64,000 nucleotides of DNA, taken from positions 29,694-93,693 of the forward strand of contig JAFGDE010000015.1 of NCBI GenBank assembly GCA_016932255.1. The letters are read 5' to 3'. Positions 41,811 to 52,139 of the stretch are shown in pieces (within the stretch, counting starts at the first letter, position 1; each line of letters begins with the position of its first letter). This DNA comes from Candidatus Saganbacteria bacterium (lineage in GTDB: Bacteria > Margulisbacteria > WOR-1 > O2-12-FULL-45-9). The notes beneath the pieces are model-generated. The model did not search any database, was not told the origin of the DNA, and saw nothing but the letters and a program-made list of their open reading frames with translations. Position numbers and translations under genes: made by a program.

Positions 41811-42836
41811 CTACCTGCCGAACATAAAAGCATAGATCAAGCCCGAGACCAGCGCCAGGCAAAGAATAACGGCCAGCAGCCAGTTGCGTTTTTTCTCCGG
41901 CACCTGCCGGCCCGGCATTTGCCCTTTCTGGCCGGTCAGAGACAGTTCCCTTGGGGCTTCATCAGCGCCGTATTGGGTCACGGTATTCTCAAATATCGCC
42001 GTGTATTCTTCGTGAGGCGGTTTAGTTGTTATGATCATCTTGTGTTCCAAGCTCTCCCGCAGCTGCCCGATATCGCTAAAACGCTTTAGCGGATCAGCCT
42101 GCAGGGCTTTGGCAATTATAGCCTGCAGGTGCTTGGGCAAACCGGCAGCTGATTCCCGGCCGATCCAGTTTTCCCGCCGCAGTTTCTGCAGGCCGCCATC
42201 CAATCCGGCGGCCACCAGGTCGGTCCGCCCGACCAACAGTTCTAAAAGGATCAAGCCGAGCGAATACTGGTCGGACAACTGTGTCGCGGTCTGCCCGGCC
42301 AGTTCCTCCGGCGCGCTGTAATGGCTGTCTGCCAGCAGGCTCAGGACCTTCTGCGGCATGGCCTGTTTGATCTCACCTTCGATCACAAAATCGGTCAGCC
42401 TGACAATGCCCTGCCGGTCAAGAAAAATATTGGTCGGTTTCAGAGCGCCATGGACAATGCCGAGCTCATGCGCCGGTTGCAGCGCCCGGCAGACCTCTTC
42501 AGCCACAGCCTGAGCCCGTTCAAGGCCGAACTTTTGGCCCTCGGCCATAAGCGCAGCCAGGCTTTTGCCTTCAATGTATTCCCGGACATAGTAGAAACCC
42601 TGCCAGCCATAATCACCGTCAACCAGCTTGGCGATACCGTGATGATTGAGCTGGGTCAGTTCCTTGACCTTATGCTTCATTTTATTGATCAGACTGGAAT
42701 TCAATGAACCGCGCTTATAGATCTTGATCACGACGGCTTTATTGCTGCTTAAAAAGGAACCTTGATAGGTGGCGCAGAAGGGGTTTTCCGATATTTTGTC
42801 ACCAATTTTATAGCGGCTCTTGAGGAAGCGCTCCAT
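41811..42836 (-). CDS. PknB-like protein kinase-fold protein with degenerate catalytic motifs (predicted pseudokinase), C-terminal TM anchor
   Basis: Retained: VVIKIYK (Lys), YVREYIEG hinge, SAPE. Degenerate: Gly loop ISENPFCATY, HRDLKPxN replaced by HGALKPTN, DFG replaced by DFV. Confidence 0.7.
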   Translation of the reverse strand: MERFLKSRYKIGDKISENPFCATYQGSFLSSNKAVVIKIYKRGSLNSSLINKMKHKVKELTQLNHHGIAKLVDGDYGWQGFYYVREYIEGKSLAALMAEGQKFGLERAQAVAEEVCRALQPAHELGIVHGALKPTNIFLDRQGIVRLTDFVIEGEIKQAMPQKVLSLLADSHYSAPEELAGQTATQLSDQYSLGLILLELLVGRTDLVAAGLDGGLQKLRRENWIGRESAAGLPKHLQAIIAKALQADPLKRFSDIGQLRESLEHKMIITTKPPHEEYTAIFENTVTQYGADEAPRELSLTGQKGQMPGRQVPEKKRNWLLAVILCLALVSGLIYAFMFGR

Positions 42837-42916
42837 AGGTTTATTATATCATATTTACCCGATAGCCTGTTTTAGCAAATAAAGTGAAATTTTTGCCAAA
42901 TCTTGGCGATATATAG

Positions 42917-43129
42917 ATGAGAGGAAAGAACGCCATGAACGAGCGAAATGTAGATAAAAGAAACTTCGATGTCGCCTCGATCTCAAGGCCCGGCAGGGCC
43001 AACCGCACCAATTATATCCAGAACGCCCTGCAGGTCGATCGCTCTAAACTTCCGGCCACCGGCCAGTTCTTTGATGTCCTGGCTGACATGATCCTGACGC
43101 GCACAGCCGGCAAGAAGTCATACTTTTAA
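42917..43129 (+). CDS. hypothetical small protein
   Basis: 70-aa ORF in an otherwise empty interval. No motif recognised. Confidence 0.3.
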   Translation: MRGKNAMNERNVDKRNFDVASISRPGRANRTNYIQNALQVDRSKLPATGQFFDVLADMILTRTAGKKSYF

Positions 43130-43143
43130 GAGGAGCAAGAGCC

Positions 43144-43362
43144 ATGAACACAATGGACAACGCCAAGATCATCAAAGCCATTGAAAAGTTCGCTTTTCAC
43201 AAATACCTGAAAAAACTGGTCGATGCCGATCTCAGCAAGGTGTCCCTGTTCTCGATCTTCTCCCAGACCGGCGCGCCGAACCTGTCTGACCCGCACCATT
43301 TCCTGATGGTCAATGACCTGAACAAGATCATCAGCCTCAATAGCGGCGCCTTCAATAACTGA
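43144..43362 (+). CDS. hypothetical small protein
   Basis: 72-aa ORF, 14 nt after the previous one, preceded by GAGGAGCAAGAGCC. No motif recognised. Confidence 0.35.
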   Translation: MNTMDNAKIIKAIEKFAFHKYLKKLVDADLSKVSLFSIFSQTGAPNLSDPHHFLMVNDLNKIISLNSGAFNN

Positions 43363-43385
43363 GCTGTCCCGAGCCAATCGAGGGA

Positions 43386-44147
43386 TCAGATCGAGGGCCC
43401 GAACCCGAACGCTTCTTTTACCCTGAGGAAAAAGTCATAGCCTGACAGGCGGATAAACCTCGTTTTTAATTTCGATCTCTGGATCCTGATCTTCTGTCTT
43501 TCATGCAGGTTGACCATTTGCTGACCGTCCGCCGTCAGGATGGCTTGCTTACCTTTGGTCAGGACCGCGGTGATCGGCCGTTTGAGCACGATCGGCCGCA
43601 CGGTGATGCTGTGAGGACAGATAGCGGAAATGACCATGCTGTCCGAGTCCGGCGTCAGGATCGGCCCGCCGGCCGAAAGGTTATAGGCTGTGGAGCCGGT
43701 GGCGGTAGAGAAGATTAAGCCGTCGGAAACATATTCAGCCAAACCCTTTATCTCTAGCTTGATGACCCGTGCGATACCGCTGTTGCTGATAACGATATCA
43801 TTGAGCGCCACCAGTGTTTTTCCGCCCACATGGGCCTCGATCATGGTCCGCTCGTCTATGGTATATTTGCCTCTTTTGATCTTTTCAAGTGTTTCAACCA
43901 GGTCATGCAATTCTATTTCGGAGCTGAAACCCAAGCCGCCCAAGTGGATCCCCAGGATCGGCACGCGCGACTTAGCCAATAATCTGGCTGCCCGCAGGAT
44001 AGTTCCGTCGCCGCCCAGGACAATGGCGAACTTCGCCCTGGCCTGATTTATCGTATAGCCCATTTTTTTCAGTTCTTTAATGACCTGCTGGGCCGTTCCG
44101 GCAATAAGTTGATCCTCTTTCTTATAGATAACCGCTATGTTCGTCAT
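43386..44147 (-). CDS. nadK: NAD kinase
   Basis: VLGGDGTILRAARL, GIHLGGLGF, ATGSTAYNLSAGGPI. Confidence 0.9.
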   Translation of the reverse strand: MTNIAVIYKKEDQLIAGTAQQVIKELKKMGYTINQARAKFAIVLGGDGTILRAARLLAKSRVPILGIHLGGLGFSSEIELHDLVETLEKIKRGKYTIDERTMIEAHVGGKTLVALNDIVISNSGIARVIKLEIKGLAEYVSDGLIFSTATGSTAYNLSAGGPILTPDSDSMVISAICPHSITVRPIVLKRPITAVLTKGKQAILTADGQQMVNLHERQKIRIQRSKLKTRFIRLSGYDFFLRVKEAFGFGPSI

Positions 44148-44183
44148 TTATCCCCTCCATCTCTCGATCTCTCCATCGCTCCA

Positions 44184-44720
44184 TCAGATAAGCTTTAATA
44201 TTGCCAGCATCCAGATTATACCAATTACCACCGCGATAATGAACAGGGCGATCAGAATGCGGAAAAATTTATCAATATTCCATTCGCGCGGAAAACGGAA
44301 TTTGACCAGCTGGATCTCGCCGCGGCCGCTGCCTAGGACCAGCAGGCCGTCAGGCTTAAAAACGCGGTCAAGTTCAAGCAAACGGCGGCGCAGCATCGGC
44401 TCATTAGGGTCAGCCGGTCCGGCCCCGGCATGGACGCAAACCACGTAATTGCGGCCTTTGCGGCTGACCAGCAGGTCGGCGATCGACTGGCCGAAACGCT
44501 CCTTGCCGTTAACCACGGTCATTAAGGTCTCTTTGGCGCGTCTGGCCTTGATCTGATACCCTGCCCGCCGCAGCAGTTCTTCTATTTCCTTCTCCGAATA
44601 CGCCGGACGTTCTTCAGCTGTTAGGCCGACGGAACGGTAAAAGAGCCGGCCAATGAACGAGAACAAGCCCGCCCCTCCCAGGGCGCCTAAAACAGCGGCA
44701 AGCATCAGTTCTATGCTCAT
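44184..44720 (-). CDS. hypothetical membrane protein (TM helices at both termini)
   Basis: 178 aa with hydrophobic N- and C-terminal segments. 4-nt overlap with tlyA. No family recognised. Confidence 0.5.
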   Translation of the reverse strand: MSIELMLAAVLGALGGAGLFSFIGRLFYRSVGLTAEERPAYSEKEIEELLRRAGYQIKARRAKETLMTVVNGKERFGQSIADLLVSRKGRNYVVCVHAGAGPADPNEPMLRRRLLELDRVFKPDGLLVLGSGRGEIQLVKFRFPREWNIDKFFRILIALFIIAVVIGIIWMLAILKLI

Positions 44721-45502
44721 TGCCCTTTCCTTAAATAAATAAGGAACTCTTTGTTCCCATCCGCACCGGCGATCGGTGAATCGGTCAATCCTGCGACGGA
44801 AAAACCCAGTTCAACAGCTGCCTGCTTCACTTTAACAATTACCGCTTCGCGCACTTTCTGGTCCCTGACTATGCCGCCCTTGCCCACCTGATCGCGATCT
44901 GCTTCGAACTGCGGCTTGATCAAGGCCAGGACCTCAGCCTTAGTCTGCAACAGATCATAAACCGCGGGCAGGATCTTGGCAAGCGAGATAAAAGAAACGT
45001 CGATCACTGCCAGATCGGCTTTGTCTTTGCCGTTGTAAAGTTTGTCCCGGGTCAGGTGGCGGGCATTGGTGCGCTCGACCACAACCACGCGTTCATCCTG
45101 CCGCAGTTTCCAGGCCAGCTGGCCGTAACCGACATCAACCGCATAAACTTTTTTAGCCCCGCGCTGAAGCAGACAATCAGTAAAACCACCAGTTGAAGCG
45201 CCGATATCGAGCGCAATGCGGCCGGCAGGATCAACAGTGAACTTATCCAGAGCTTTGGCCAGCTTGAGCCCGCCCCGTCCGACATAGGGGTGTTCCTTGC
45301 CTTTGACCTCGAGCTGGTCCTCAGGTCTGACCAATTGTCCGGCTTTATCTGACTTCTGTCCGTTAAGATAGACCAGACCGGCCATGATCGCGGCCTGGGC
45401 CTGGGCGCGCGAGAGGAAAAAGCCTTTTTCGACGAGCGTTTGATCCAATCGTTGCTTCATTGCGGTCAAATTGTATTGTAGCATAGGCTGTGCTATAATC
45501 AA
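44717..45502 (-). CDS. tlyA: TlyA family rRNA 2'-O-methyltransferase
   Basis: S4 domain RLDQTLVEKGFFLSRAQAQAAIMAG and FtsJ-like LDIGASTGGFTDCLLQRGAKKVYAVDVGYGQL. The true start is probably MKQRLDQ. Confidence 0.85.
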   Translation of the reverse strand: MIIAQPMLQYNLTAMKQRLDQTLVEKGFFLSRAQAQAAIMAGLVYLNGQKSDKAGQLVRPEDQLEVKGKEHPYVGRGGLKLAKALDKFTVDPAGRIALDIGASTGGFTDCLLQRGAKKVYAVDVGYGQLAWKLRQDERVVVVERTNARHLTRDKLYNGKDKADLAVIDVSFISLAKILPAVYDLLQTKAEVLALIKPQFEADRDQVGKGGIVRDQKVREAVIVKVKQAAVELGFSVAGLTDSPIAGADGNKEFLIYLRKGQ

Positions 45503-45550
45503 TCCTGCCCGCCGGCAGGCAGGTCACGCTGGAGCGCCAGTTTTTCCGTC

Positions 45551-47611
45551 ATGAAATTACGTATTTTCTCAGCCGTCCTGATATGCGCCTGTTGTCTGAC
45601 TTCGGCCGCTGTTGCGACCAGCGAAGCCAGAGCCAGTTTCAAACGTGGTTATGAACAGCTGGCCGCCGAACAATATTACCAGGCCATTAATAGTTTTAAG
45701 GAAACCCTGACCGAGCGGAGCTACCCCCTGCTTGATTACAGCTACTACTATATCGGGCAGGCCTACCAGGAAAGCGGCTATCCGGAATATGCCGACCGGG
45801 TCTATCGGATCGTTCTGGATCATTACCCTGATAGCGTGCTCGGGCCCAAAGCCCTGTTCAATCTCGGCAAGATCGCTATCGAAGCCGGCAGTTATGAGGC
45901 AGGCAGCAAGGTCCTGCGCGAGATGCTCTCCCGCTATCCGGAACACGATTCAGCGCCTGAGGCCCGCTTCCTGCTCGGCCGGGCGCTGGAAGAGCTGGAC
46001 CAGCCCACTGATGCTGCCAGGGTCTACCGCAATCTCGATCTGCTCCATCCTGAGAGCGATTTCGCTGATCAGGCACTGGAACAGCTTGACCAGATGGCCA
46101 AGTCCGGCAAGCTCGCCGGTTATGAGGCTCCGGCCGCAACATTATACAACCTTGGGATCAAGCATTTCAGCCGGAACAACTATACCAAAGCCAAGGAGTA
46201 TTTCAGCCGGATCAGCCGCTTCTATAAAAAGAGTTCGTTCTATGATGAAGCGGTTTTGATGCTTGGACGCATTTATTTACGCCAAGGCAAGCTCAAGACC
46301 GCAGCGCAGTATTTCAAACAGGCCATTAATCTGGACAAGGATTCCAAGCCGCAGGCTATGTTCTACCTGGCCCTGACCTACGGCTACATGGACAGCCCGC
46401 AGGCCTGTATCCAGACCCTGCTGAAGATCCCGGCGATGTTTTCGGAAAGCCCCTGGGCTGACGACGCTCTCTATCATGCCGGCAAATACTATCGCATCGA
46501 GGACAAGGACGATGAAGCGCTCAGGGTCTATGCCCGTCTGATCGCTGATTATCCCCGCTCGGAATGGTTCGCTGATTCCCTCTGGTTGGTCGGCAACCTC
46601 TATTATAAAGAGAGAAATTATGAAGCGGCTTACCAGGCCTTTGCCAAAGCCTCTGACCTGCCGGCCAACCAGGTATCGGACCAGCTGCTTTTCTGGACAG
46701 CCAAGGCCGCGGAAAAGATCAAGCGCCCGGACCAGGCTGTAGCCGCTTATAAACAGACCATTGCCCGTTATGATCATTCATACTATGGTTACCGCGCCAG
46801 GGAAGAACTGGCCAAATACGGCATCAAGCTTGACCCCAACACCCTGCCCCGGACCTCCGAATCAGCGCCTGACATGGAACAAGGACTTGAAGCCTGCGGC
46901 CATGAAGAAAAATATGCGGAGCTGATCGCGCTGGAGCTCGGCGAGGAAGCCGCGGAAGAAGCCGCTTTTATCGAGGAAAAAGTCCCTCTGAGCAAGAAGG
47001 ACCAGGCCCGTCTGGCCCAGTATCACGCATATGTTATGAAAGGCAATTACGCCAAACCCATCTGGTTCGCCGATCAAAAAATCGAAGAGGCAACGCTCAG
47101 CGGTTCTTTGAGCGATCTTGATCCCAGGCTCTGGCGCTTTGCTTATCCCCGCGGCTACGGCACGTATGTTGAAAAGTATTCTGAGATGTACGGCGTTGAT
47201 CCTTATCTGACCTACGCGGTCATCAGAGAAGAAAGCCGTTTTAAATCACGGGCCCTGTCGCGTTCCTGGGCCCACGGCTTGATGCAGATCATTCCCAGCA
47301 CCGGACGGCGCATCAGCAGCGCGCTGGGATTCAGCTACGCGCGCTGGAAAATGTACGAGCCAAGGGTTAATATATGGATGGGTACGTATTACTTGTCCAG
47401 CCTGATCAAGCGCTTTGACGGCAACGTGCCCCTGGCCCTGGCCGGCTACAACGGCGGGCCGGTCCGGGTGCAGCAGTGGCTCAAACAGTATGATGAGTTC
47501 GATCTGGACGAGTTTGTCGAGGACATCCCTTTGCGAGAGACCAGGAATTACGTCAAAAAGGTCATGAAAAGCTATTACGGCTATAAGAGGACTTACGGCA
47601 GTGGCGGATAA
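45551..47611 (+). CDS. soluble lytic transglycosylase (Slt70-like, TPR/superhelical N-domain + SLT domain)
   Basis: Signal peptide. Catalytic region [30 protein letters not shown], followed by LAGYNGGP. Confidence 0.8.
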   Translation: MKLRIFSAVLICACCLTSAAVATSEARASFKRGYEQLAAEQYYQAINSFKETLTERSYPLLDYSYYYIGQAYQESGYPEYADRVYRIVLDHYPDSVLGPKALFNLGKIAIEAGSYEAGSKVLREMLSRYPEHDSAPEARFLLGRALEELDQPTDAARVYRNLDLLHPESDFADQALEQLDQMAKSGKLAGYEAPAATLYNLGIKHFSRNNYTKAKEYFSRISRFYKKSSFYDEAVLMLGRIYLRQGKLKTAAQYFKQAINLDKDSKPQAMFYLALTYGYMDSPQACIQTLLKIPAMFSESPWADDALYHAGKYYRIEDKDDEALRVYARLIADYPRSEWFADSLWLVGNLYYKERNYEAAYQAFAKASDLPANQVSDQLLFWTAKAAEKIKRPDQAVAAYKQTIARYDHSYYGYRAREELAKYGIKLDPNTLPRTSESAPDMEQGLEACGHEEKYAELIALELGEEAAEEAAFIEEKVPLSKKDQARLAQYHAYVMKGNYAKPIWFADQKIEEATLSGSLSDLDPRLWRFAYPRGYGTYVEKYSEMYGVDPYLTYAVIREESRFKSRALSRSWAHGLMQIIPSTGRRISSALGFSYARWKMYEPRVNIWMGTYYLSSLIKRFDGNVPLALAGYNGGPVRVQQWLKQYDEFDLDEFVEDIPLRETRNYVKKVMKSYYGYKRTYGSGG

Positions 47612-48644
47612 ACCGGAGCGAATTATAACTTTTGACCGGCAGGAAGAAGACAAGGCTTTTGAAGGGCTGCGCCCCAAAAGTTTCGCCAACTTTATCGGCC
47701 AGGCCAAGCTCAAGGAGAACCTCTTCATCCACATCAACGCTGTTAAGAATCGTAACGAGAACCTGGAGCACCTGCTTTTCTACGGCCCGCCTGGTCTTGG
47801 CAAGACCACCCTGGCTAATATCATCGCTAACGAGATGGGCGTTAATTTCCGGATCACCTCCGGCCCGGCCATTGAGCGGCCGGGTGACCTGGCTGCCATC
47901 CTGACCAATCTAAAAAAGAATGACGTCCTCTTTATTGATGAGATCCACCGGCTCAACCGGGTCGTTGAGGAAGTGCTTTACCCCGCCATGGAGGATTTCG
48001 GCCTGGATATCGTTATCGGCAAGGGACCGAGCGCCCGCTCCATCAGGCTTGACCTGCCCCGGTTCACTTTGATCGGCGCGACCACGCGTATCGGCCAGAT
48101 ATCATCTCCTTTGCGCGACCGCTTCGGCATGATCAACCGCCTGGAATTCTATAACGCGGCCGACCTGCAGCAGATAGTTCAGCATGCGGCCCAGGTCCTG
48201 GGCATTGAGACCGATGAAGCCGGCGCGCAGGAGATCGCCCAGCGCTCCCGGGGCACACCGCGCATCGCCAACCGCCTCTTGCGCCGGGTGCGCGACTTTG
48301 CCGAGGTCAAGGCCGGCGGCAAGATCACTCAGAAAGTCGCCCAGCAGGCGCTCAAAGGCCTGGAAATAGACGAGCTTGGCCTGGACAAGGTCGACCACAG
48401 GATATTAAAAGCGATCATCGAAAAGTTCAGCGGCGGCCCGGTCGGCGTCGACTCATTGGCCGCGTCGATCCACGAGGATTCTCTGACCATCGAAGATGTT
48501 TACGAGCCTTATCTGCTGCAGCTGGGCTTTATCGAGCGCACGCCCCGCGGCCGGATAGCGGCCGAAGCAGCTTATGAACACCTTGGGCTGAAACCGAAAA
48601 AATCTGATAAAATACAACAGGACCGCTTGTTCAAGGAGGGTTAG
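47601..48644 (+). CDS. ruvB: Holliday junction branch migration helicase RuvB
   Basis: [47 protein letters not shown]. Confidence 0.95.
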   Translation: MADKPERIITFDRQEEDKAFEGLRPKSFANFIGQAKLKENLFIHINAVKNRNENLEHLLFYGPPGLGKTTLANIIANEMGVNFRITSGPAIERPGDLAAILTNLKKNDVLFIDEIHRLNRVVEEVLYPAMEDFGLDIVIGKGPSARSIRLDLPRFTLIGATTRIGQISSPLRDRFGMINRLEFYNAADLQQIVQHAAQVLGIETDEAGAQEIAQRSRGTPRIANRLLRRVRDFAEVKAGGKITQKVAQQALKGLEIDELGLDKVDHRILKAIIEKFSGGPVGVDSLAASIHEDSLTIEDVYEPYLLQLGFIERTPRGRIAAEAAYEHLGLKPKKSDKIQQDRLFKEG

Positions 48645-48647
48645 GTC

Positions 48648-48938
48648 ATGTGGGCATTGATCGTCGGCATCTTGATCGCTATTTTGATCGCGACCTTTGC
48701 TTCGCTCAACAGCACGTCTGTTTCCGTTAATCTATTGTTCTGGAAAGCGCCGGAAATATCGCTGGCCCTGGTGGTCCTGTTCTCAGTGCTAGGCGGGGTC
48801 ATTATCGCCGGATTGTTCGGCCTGCCCCAGTACCTTAAGACCAAAAAACGCATTAAGGAACTGGAAAGTCAGAGCGGTTCCCTGGAAAAAGAGGCAAAAC
48901 ATGAAACAACGCAAGAGCAAGGTCTGGCGCAGGACTAA
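48648..48938 (+). CDS. LapA-domain (DUF1049) inner-membrane protein
   Basis: Two TM helices with SVNLLFWKAPEISLALVVL and a coiled C-terminal tail. Confidence 0.6.
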   Translation: MWALIVGILIAILIATFASLNSTSVSVNLLFWKAPEISLALVVLFSVLGGVIIAGLFGLPQYLKTKKRIKELESQSGSLEKEAKHETTQEQGLAQD

Positions 48939-49527
48939 AGAAACTGACATCAAGCTGGAGCTGAACATCGACGGCAGGGGCAAAAGCTTAATCGATTACC
49001 CCATTCCTTTTATGGCTCATATGTTCACGCTATTTGCCAAGCACGGCCTGTTCGATCTGAAGCTGATGGCCAAAGGCGATCTTGAGATCGACATGCATCA
49101 TCTGATCGAGGACACGGGGCTGACCCTGGGCGAGGCTTTTCAAAAGGCCCTGGGCGACAAGAAACGGATCGAGCGCTACGGCCACACAATTCTGCCGATG
49201 GATGAATCACTGGCCGAGGTCCAGACCGCGATCGATATCAGCGGCCGGCCGCACTTTACTTTCAAAGCCAGCTTCCCCAAAGAATTGATCTACGCCCAGA
49301 TCGTCCAAGAACGGGTCAAGCTGTATCTGGACGCTGAGATGCTGCGAGAATTCTTTGAATCGTTCGTTTATAAAGCCGGCATCACCTTGCACATCGATCT
49401 GAAACGAGGCAAGAACACGCATCACAAGGTCGAGGCGATCTTCAAGGCTTTCGGCGTAGCGCTCAGCCGCGCCTGTGCCATCAATCCAAGGAAAAAAGGC
49501 GTTCCCTCCACTAAAGGCCGGCTTTGA
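48901..49527 (+). CDS. hisB: imidazoleglycerol-phosphate dehydratase
   Basis: RRTKETDIKLELNIDG, DMHHLIEDTGL, PMDESLA, NTHHKVEAIFKAFG. Confidence 0.9.
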   Translation: MKQRKSKVWRRTKETDIKLELNIDGRGKSLIDYPIPFMAHMFTLFAKHGLFDLKLMAKGDLEIDMHHLIEDTGLTLGEAFQKALGDKKRIERYGHTILPMDESLAEVQTAIDISGRPHFTFKASFPKELIYAQIVQERVKLYLDAEMLREFFESFVYKAGITLHIDLKRGKNTHHKVEAIFKAFGVALSRACAINPRKKGVPSTKGRL

Positions 49528-50239
49528 GGCGGTCGATCAACTGCTGGGGCAGTTTGGCCGCGGACATTTTCAGCTGGGTCCTGGCGATATCATATTCCAC
49601 CCGGTGAAAGCTGAACAGCCCGCTCTGACTGTTATAAAGCGCGTAGGCCGCGCGGGGGTCGCCGTCCCTGGGCTGGCCGACCGCGCCGACATTGATGATC
49701 AGTTTCGCATGATCATCGATCAGCATCTCATCGCCGTCCCGTAGCTGCCTGCTGTTGTAATTGCCGTCCTGGTCCAGCGCAATGAACATCGGCACGTGAG
49801 AATGACCGACAAAACAGAGGTTCGTCTTCATCAGCTCGAAGGTCGGCATGGCCTCGGCTATATTGGTCAGGTATTCATGGAGCGGGGAACGCAGGCTGCC
49901 GTGAACAACCTGGAAGCCGTCCTCGGTCATGACCTTGGCCAGGCTTTTAAGCCAGGCCAGGTTCTCTTGTTTCAGCTCCAGTCTGGTCCAGGCGATCGCC
50001 GCTTTGGCCCGGTGATTGAACCAGGTATCCTCGCCTGCTCCGGTCAGGACCGCATCATGATTGCCTAAGACCGAAGCTATTGATTTCTTTCTCACGAGTT
50101 CGATGCAGGCGTTTGGATCAGGGCCGTAACCAACAACATCGCCTAAAGATATAATCTTTTCGGCTTGGGCGAGTTTTTTTAACACGGCGGAGAAAGCCTC
50201 CAAATTCGCGTGGATATCTGATATAATGCCGTAGAGCAT
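49511..50239 (-). CDS. metallophosphoesterase (calcineurin-like)
   Basis: YGIISDIHANLEAF, SLGDVVGYGPDPN, LGNHD, VGHSH. Confidence 0.8.
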   Translation of the reverse strand: MLYGIISDIHANLEAFSAVLKKLAQAEKIISLGDVVGYGPDPNACIELVRKKSIASVLGNHDAVLTGAGEDTWFNHRAKAAIAWTRLELKQENLAWLKSLAKVMTEDGFQVVHGSLRSPLHEYLTNIAEAMPTFELMKTNLCFVGHSHVPMFIALDQDGNYNSRQLRDGDEMLIDDHAKLIINVGAVGQPRDGDPRAAYALYNSQSGLFSFHRVEYDIARTQLKMSAAKLPQQLIDRLKAGL

Positions 50240-50255
50240 ACAGGTTTATTATAAC

Positions 50256-50981
50256 ATGGTCTATGAAGTCCGGGCTTACCGGAATTACGTCAAAGCCGAC
50301 AACCTCATCAGGTTCGAGATAATCGAAAAAGAGACCGATCTGCTGGTCTTGGCTGATCGCAGCCTCTATGACAAGGCCCTGGCCTTCACCCTGAAATACC
50401 GCGGGGAGATAGAAAAATACATCGCTGCTGACCCGCAGTTCGCCAAGAAAATGAGCCCCCACCGCATCCGCTACGACGCACCCCAGATCGTCAAAGACAT
50501 GGCCTCAGCCGCCCGCCGGGCCAAGGTCGGCCCCATGGCCGCGGTCGCCGGCGCCATAGCCGAATTCGTCGGCCGTGACCTGCTGGCCTTCACCGAAGAA
50601 ATAATCGTTGAGAACGGCGGGGACATCTTTCTTAAGATCTCCCAGCCGCGCAAGGTCGGCATTTTTGCCGGTAATTCTCCTTTTTCAGAAAAGATCGCGC
50701 TTGAGCTGGAACCCCGGCCCGAACCTTTCTCGATTTGCACCTCTTCAGGTACAGTCGGTCATTCTTTCAGCTTTGGCAAGGCTGACGCGGTCGTGGTCAC
50801 CGCCAAAAGCGCCTGTCTGGCTGATGCCGCGGCCACAGCTATCGGCAATGAGGTCAAGGAAATAACTGATATCGATCAGGGCCTGAAACTGGCTAAAAAG
50901 ATCCGCGGCCTGGACGGCGTGCTCATCATCAAGGACGACCAGATGGGCGCGCTGGGCAAGATCAAGATCGTACCGCTATAA
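50256..50981 (+). CDS. UPF0280 family protein (ApbE-like fold)
   Basis: ETDLLVLAD, GPMAAVAGAIAE, ENGGDIF, CTSSGTVGHSFSFGKADA, LADAAATAIGN. Confidence 0.7.
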   Translation: MVYEVRAYRNYVKADNLIRFEIIEKETDLLVLADRSLYDKALAFTLKYRGEIEKYIAADPQFAKKMSPHRIRYDAPQIVKDMASAARRAKVGPMAAVAGAIAEFVGRDLLAFTEEIIVENGGDIFLKISQPRKVGIFAGNSPFSEKIALELEPRPEPFSICTSSGTVGHSFSFGKADAVVVTAKSACLADAAATAIGNEVKEITDIDQGLKLAKKIRGLDGVLIIKDDQMGALGKIKIVPL

Positions 50982-50984
50982 GTC

Positions 50985-52139
50985 TCAGATTACGTGCGGC
51001 GTGATCATGAAGACTATCTCTGTTTTCGCTTGTTCTACTGTCCGGTTCGAAAATATAATGTTCAGGATCGGCACTTGGCCGATTATCGGCACACGGGAAA
51101 CATTTACCCGCTCGGTCTCTGAGAGCAATCCTCCGATCACGATCGTCTCGCCATCCCTGACCCGAAGGGTGGCAGCCGCGTTGCGCGTGCTGATGACCGG
51201 GAATTCCCCGGCTGCCGTACTTTTCCATTGTGATATCGAAGAGACTTCCGGCTGCAGCAACGCGGTAATATCCCCCTGCTCATTGATCCGTGGTACGATA
51301 CGCAACCTGACCCCGGCGTTAAGATAATCGACCGTCCACTGGGTCGTGCTTGAACCTGAGCTGACCGGAACAGCATAAGGCACCCGGCTGCCGATATTGA
51401 TAACGGCTTCATGTCCGTCCAGCGTGGCGATCCTCGGCCTGGCCACCACTTTAGCCTTGCCCTTGCTTAACAAAGCGTTGAGGCTGGTGACCAGATCGCC
51501 CGCGCGGTGCAGCTCGCCCCGGTCGTTGTCGGTCACGAACTTGACCGTGCCGGGATCACTGCCGTAGGTAACGCCCAGGCGCAGGGCATCGTCTTCACTG
51601 ATCTCCAAGACCTGGCTCTCGATCAGGACCTGCGGCGTTGGCCTGTCCAGTTGTTCGACAAGCGCAAGACAATTTCTTAGTGTCCGGCCTTCAGCCTGCA
51701 GCACCAGCCTTGATTCCGAGCCTCCGGCACTGGCCTTGACCTGCGGCAGGACCTGGCGCAGCACTTCTGCCAGGCGCGAGGCTTCATAATAGCGCAGGCT
51801 GACCGCTTCGCATGACCCATCACAGCCTGTGGCCATTGGAGCAGCCGCGGCATTGACCAGTAAAGTCCCGTTCTGCCTGCTCCAGACCAGGCCATTGGCG
51901 TTCAGGACCTGCTCCAAGGCTGCCTCAGCCGGGACCTCAGCCAGACGCAGGGAAGTCCGCCTGTTCTGCAAGGCCGCTGTATCACCGCTGACAATGACAT
52001 TGAGCCCTGCCTGTCTGGCCAGGCAGCGGATAACATCGATCACTGCCGCATCATTGAAATTCGCCCCGGATATTAGTTCGGCCTGCGCGTTCAGCCATAA
52101 GCCAAACAATAAGACTAGACAACCTAGAACACGCTTCAC
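50985..52139 (-). CDS. short secretin (GspD/PilQ family) outer-membrane channel
   Basis: Signal peptide. N-terminal STN-like FNDAAVIDVIRCLARQAGLNVIV. C-terminal secretin motif IVIGGLLSE...VSRVPIIGQVPILNIIFSN...TEIVFMITPHVI. Confidence 0.8.
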   Translation of the reverse strand: MKRVLGCLVLLFGLWLNAQAELISGANFNDAAVIDVIRCLARQAGLNVIVSGDTAALQNRRTSLRLAEVPAEAALEQVLNANGLVWSRQNGTLLVNAAAAPMATGCDGSCEAVSLRYYEASRLAEVLRQVLPQVKASAGGSESRLVLQAEGRTLRNCLALVEQLDRPTPQVLIESQVLEISEDDALRLGVTYGSDPGTVKFVTDNDRGELHRAGDLVTSLNALLSKGKAKVVARPRIATLDGHEAVINIGSRVPYAVPVSSGSSTTQWTVDYLNAGVRLRIVPRINEQGDITALLQPEVSSISQWKSTAAGEFPVISTRNAAATLRVRDGETIVIGGLLSETERVNVSRVPIIGQVPILNIIFSNRTVEQAKTEIVFMITPHVI

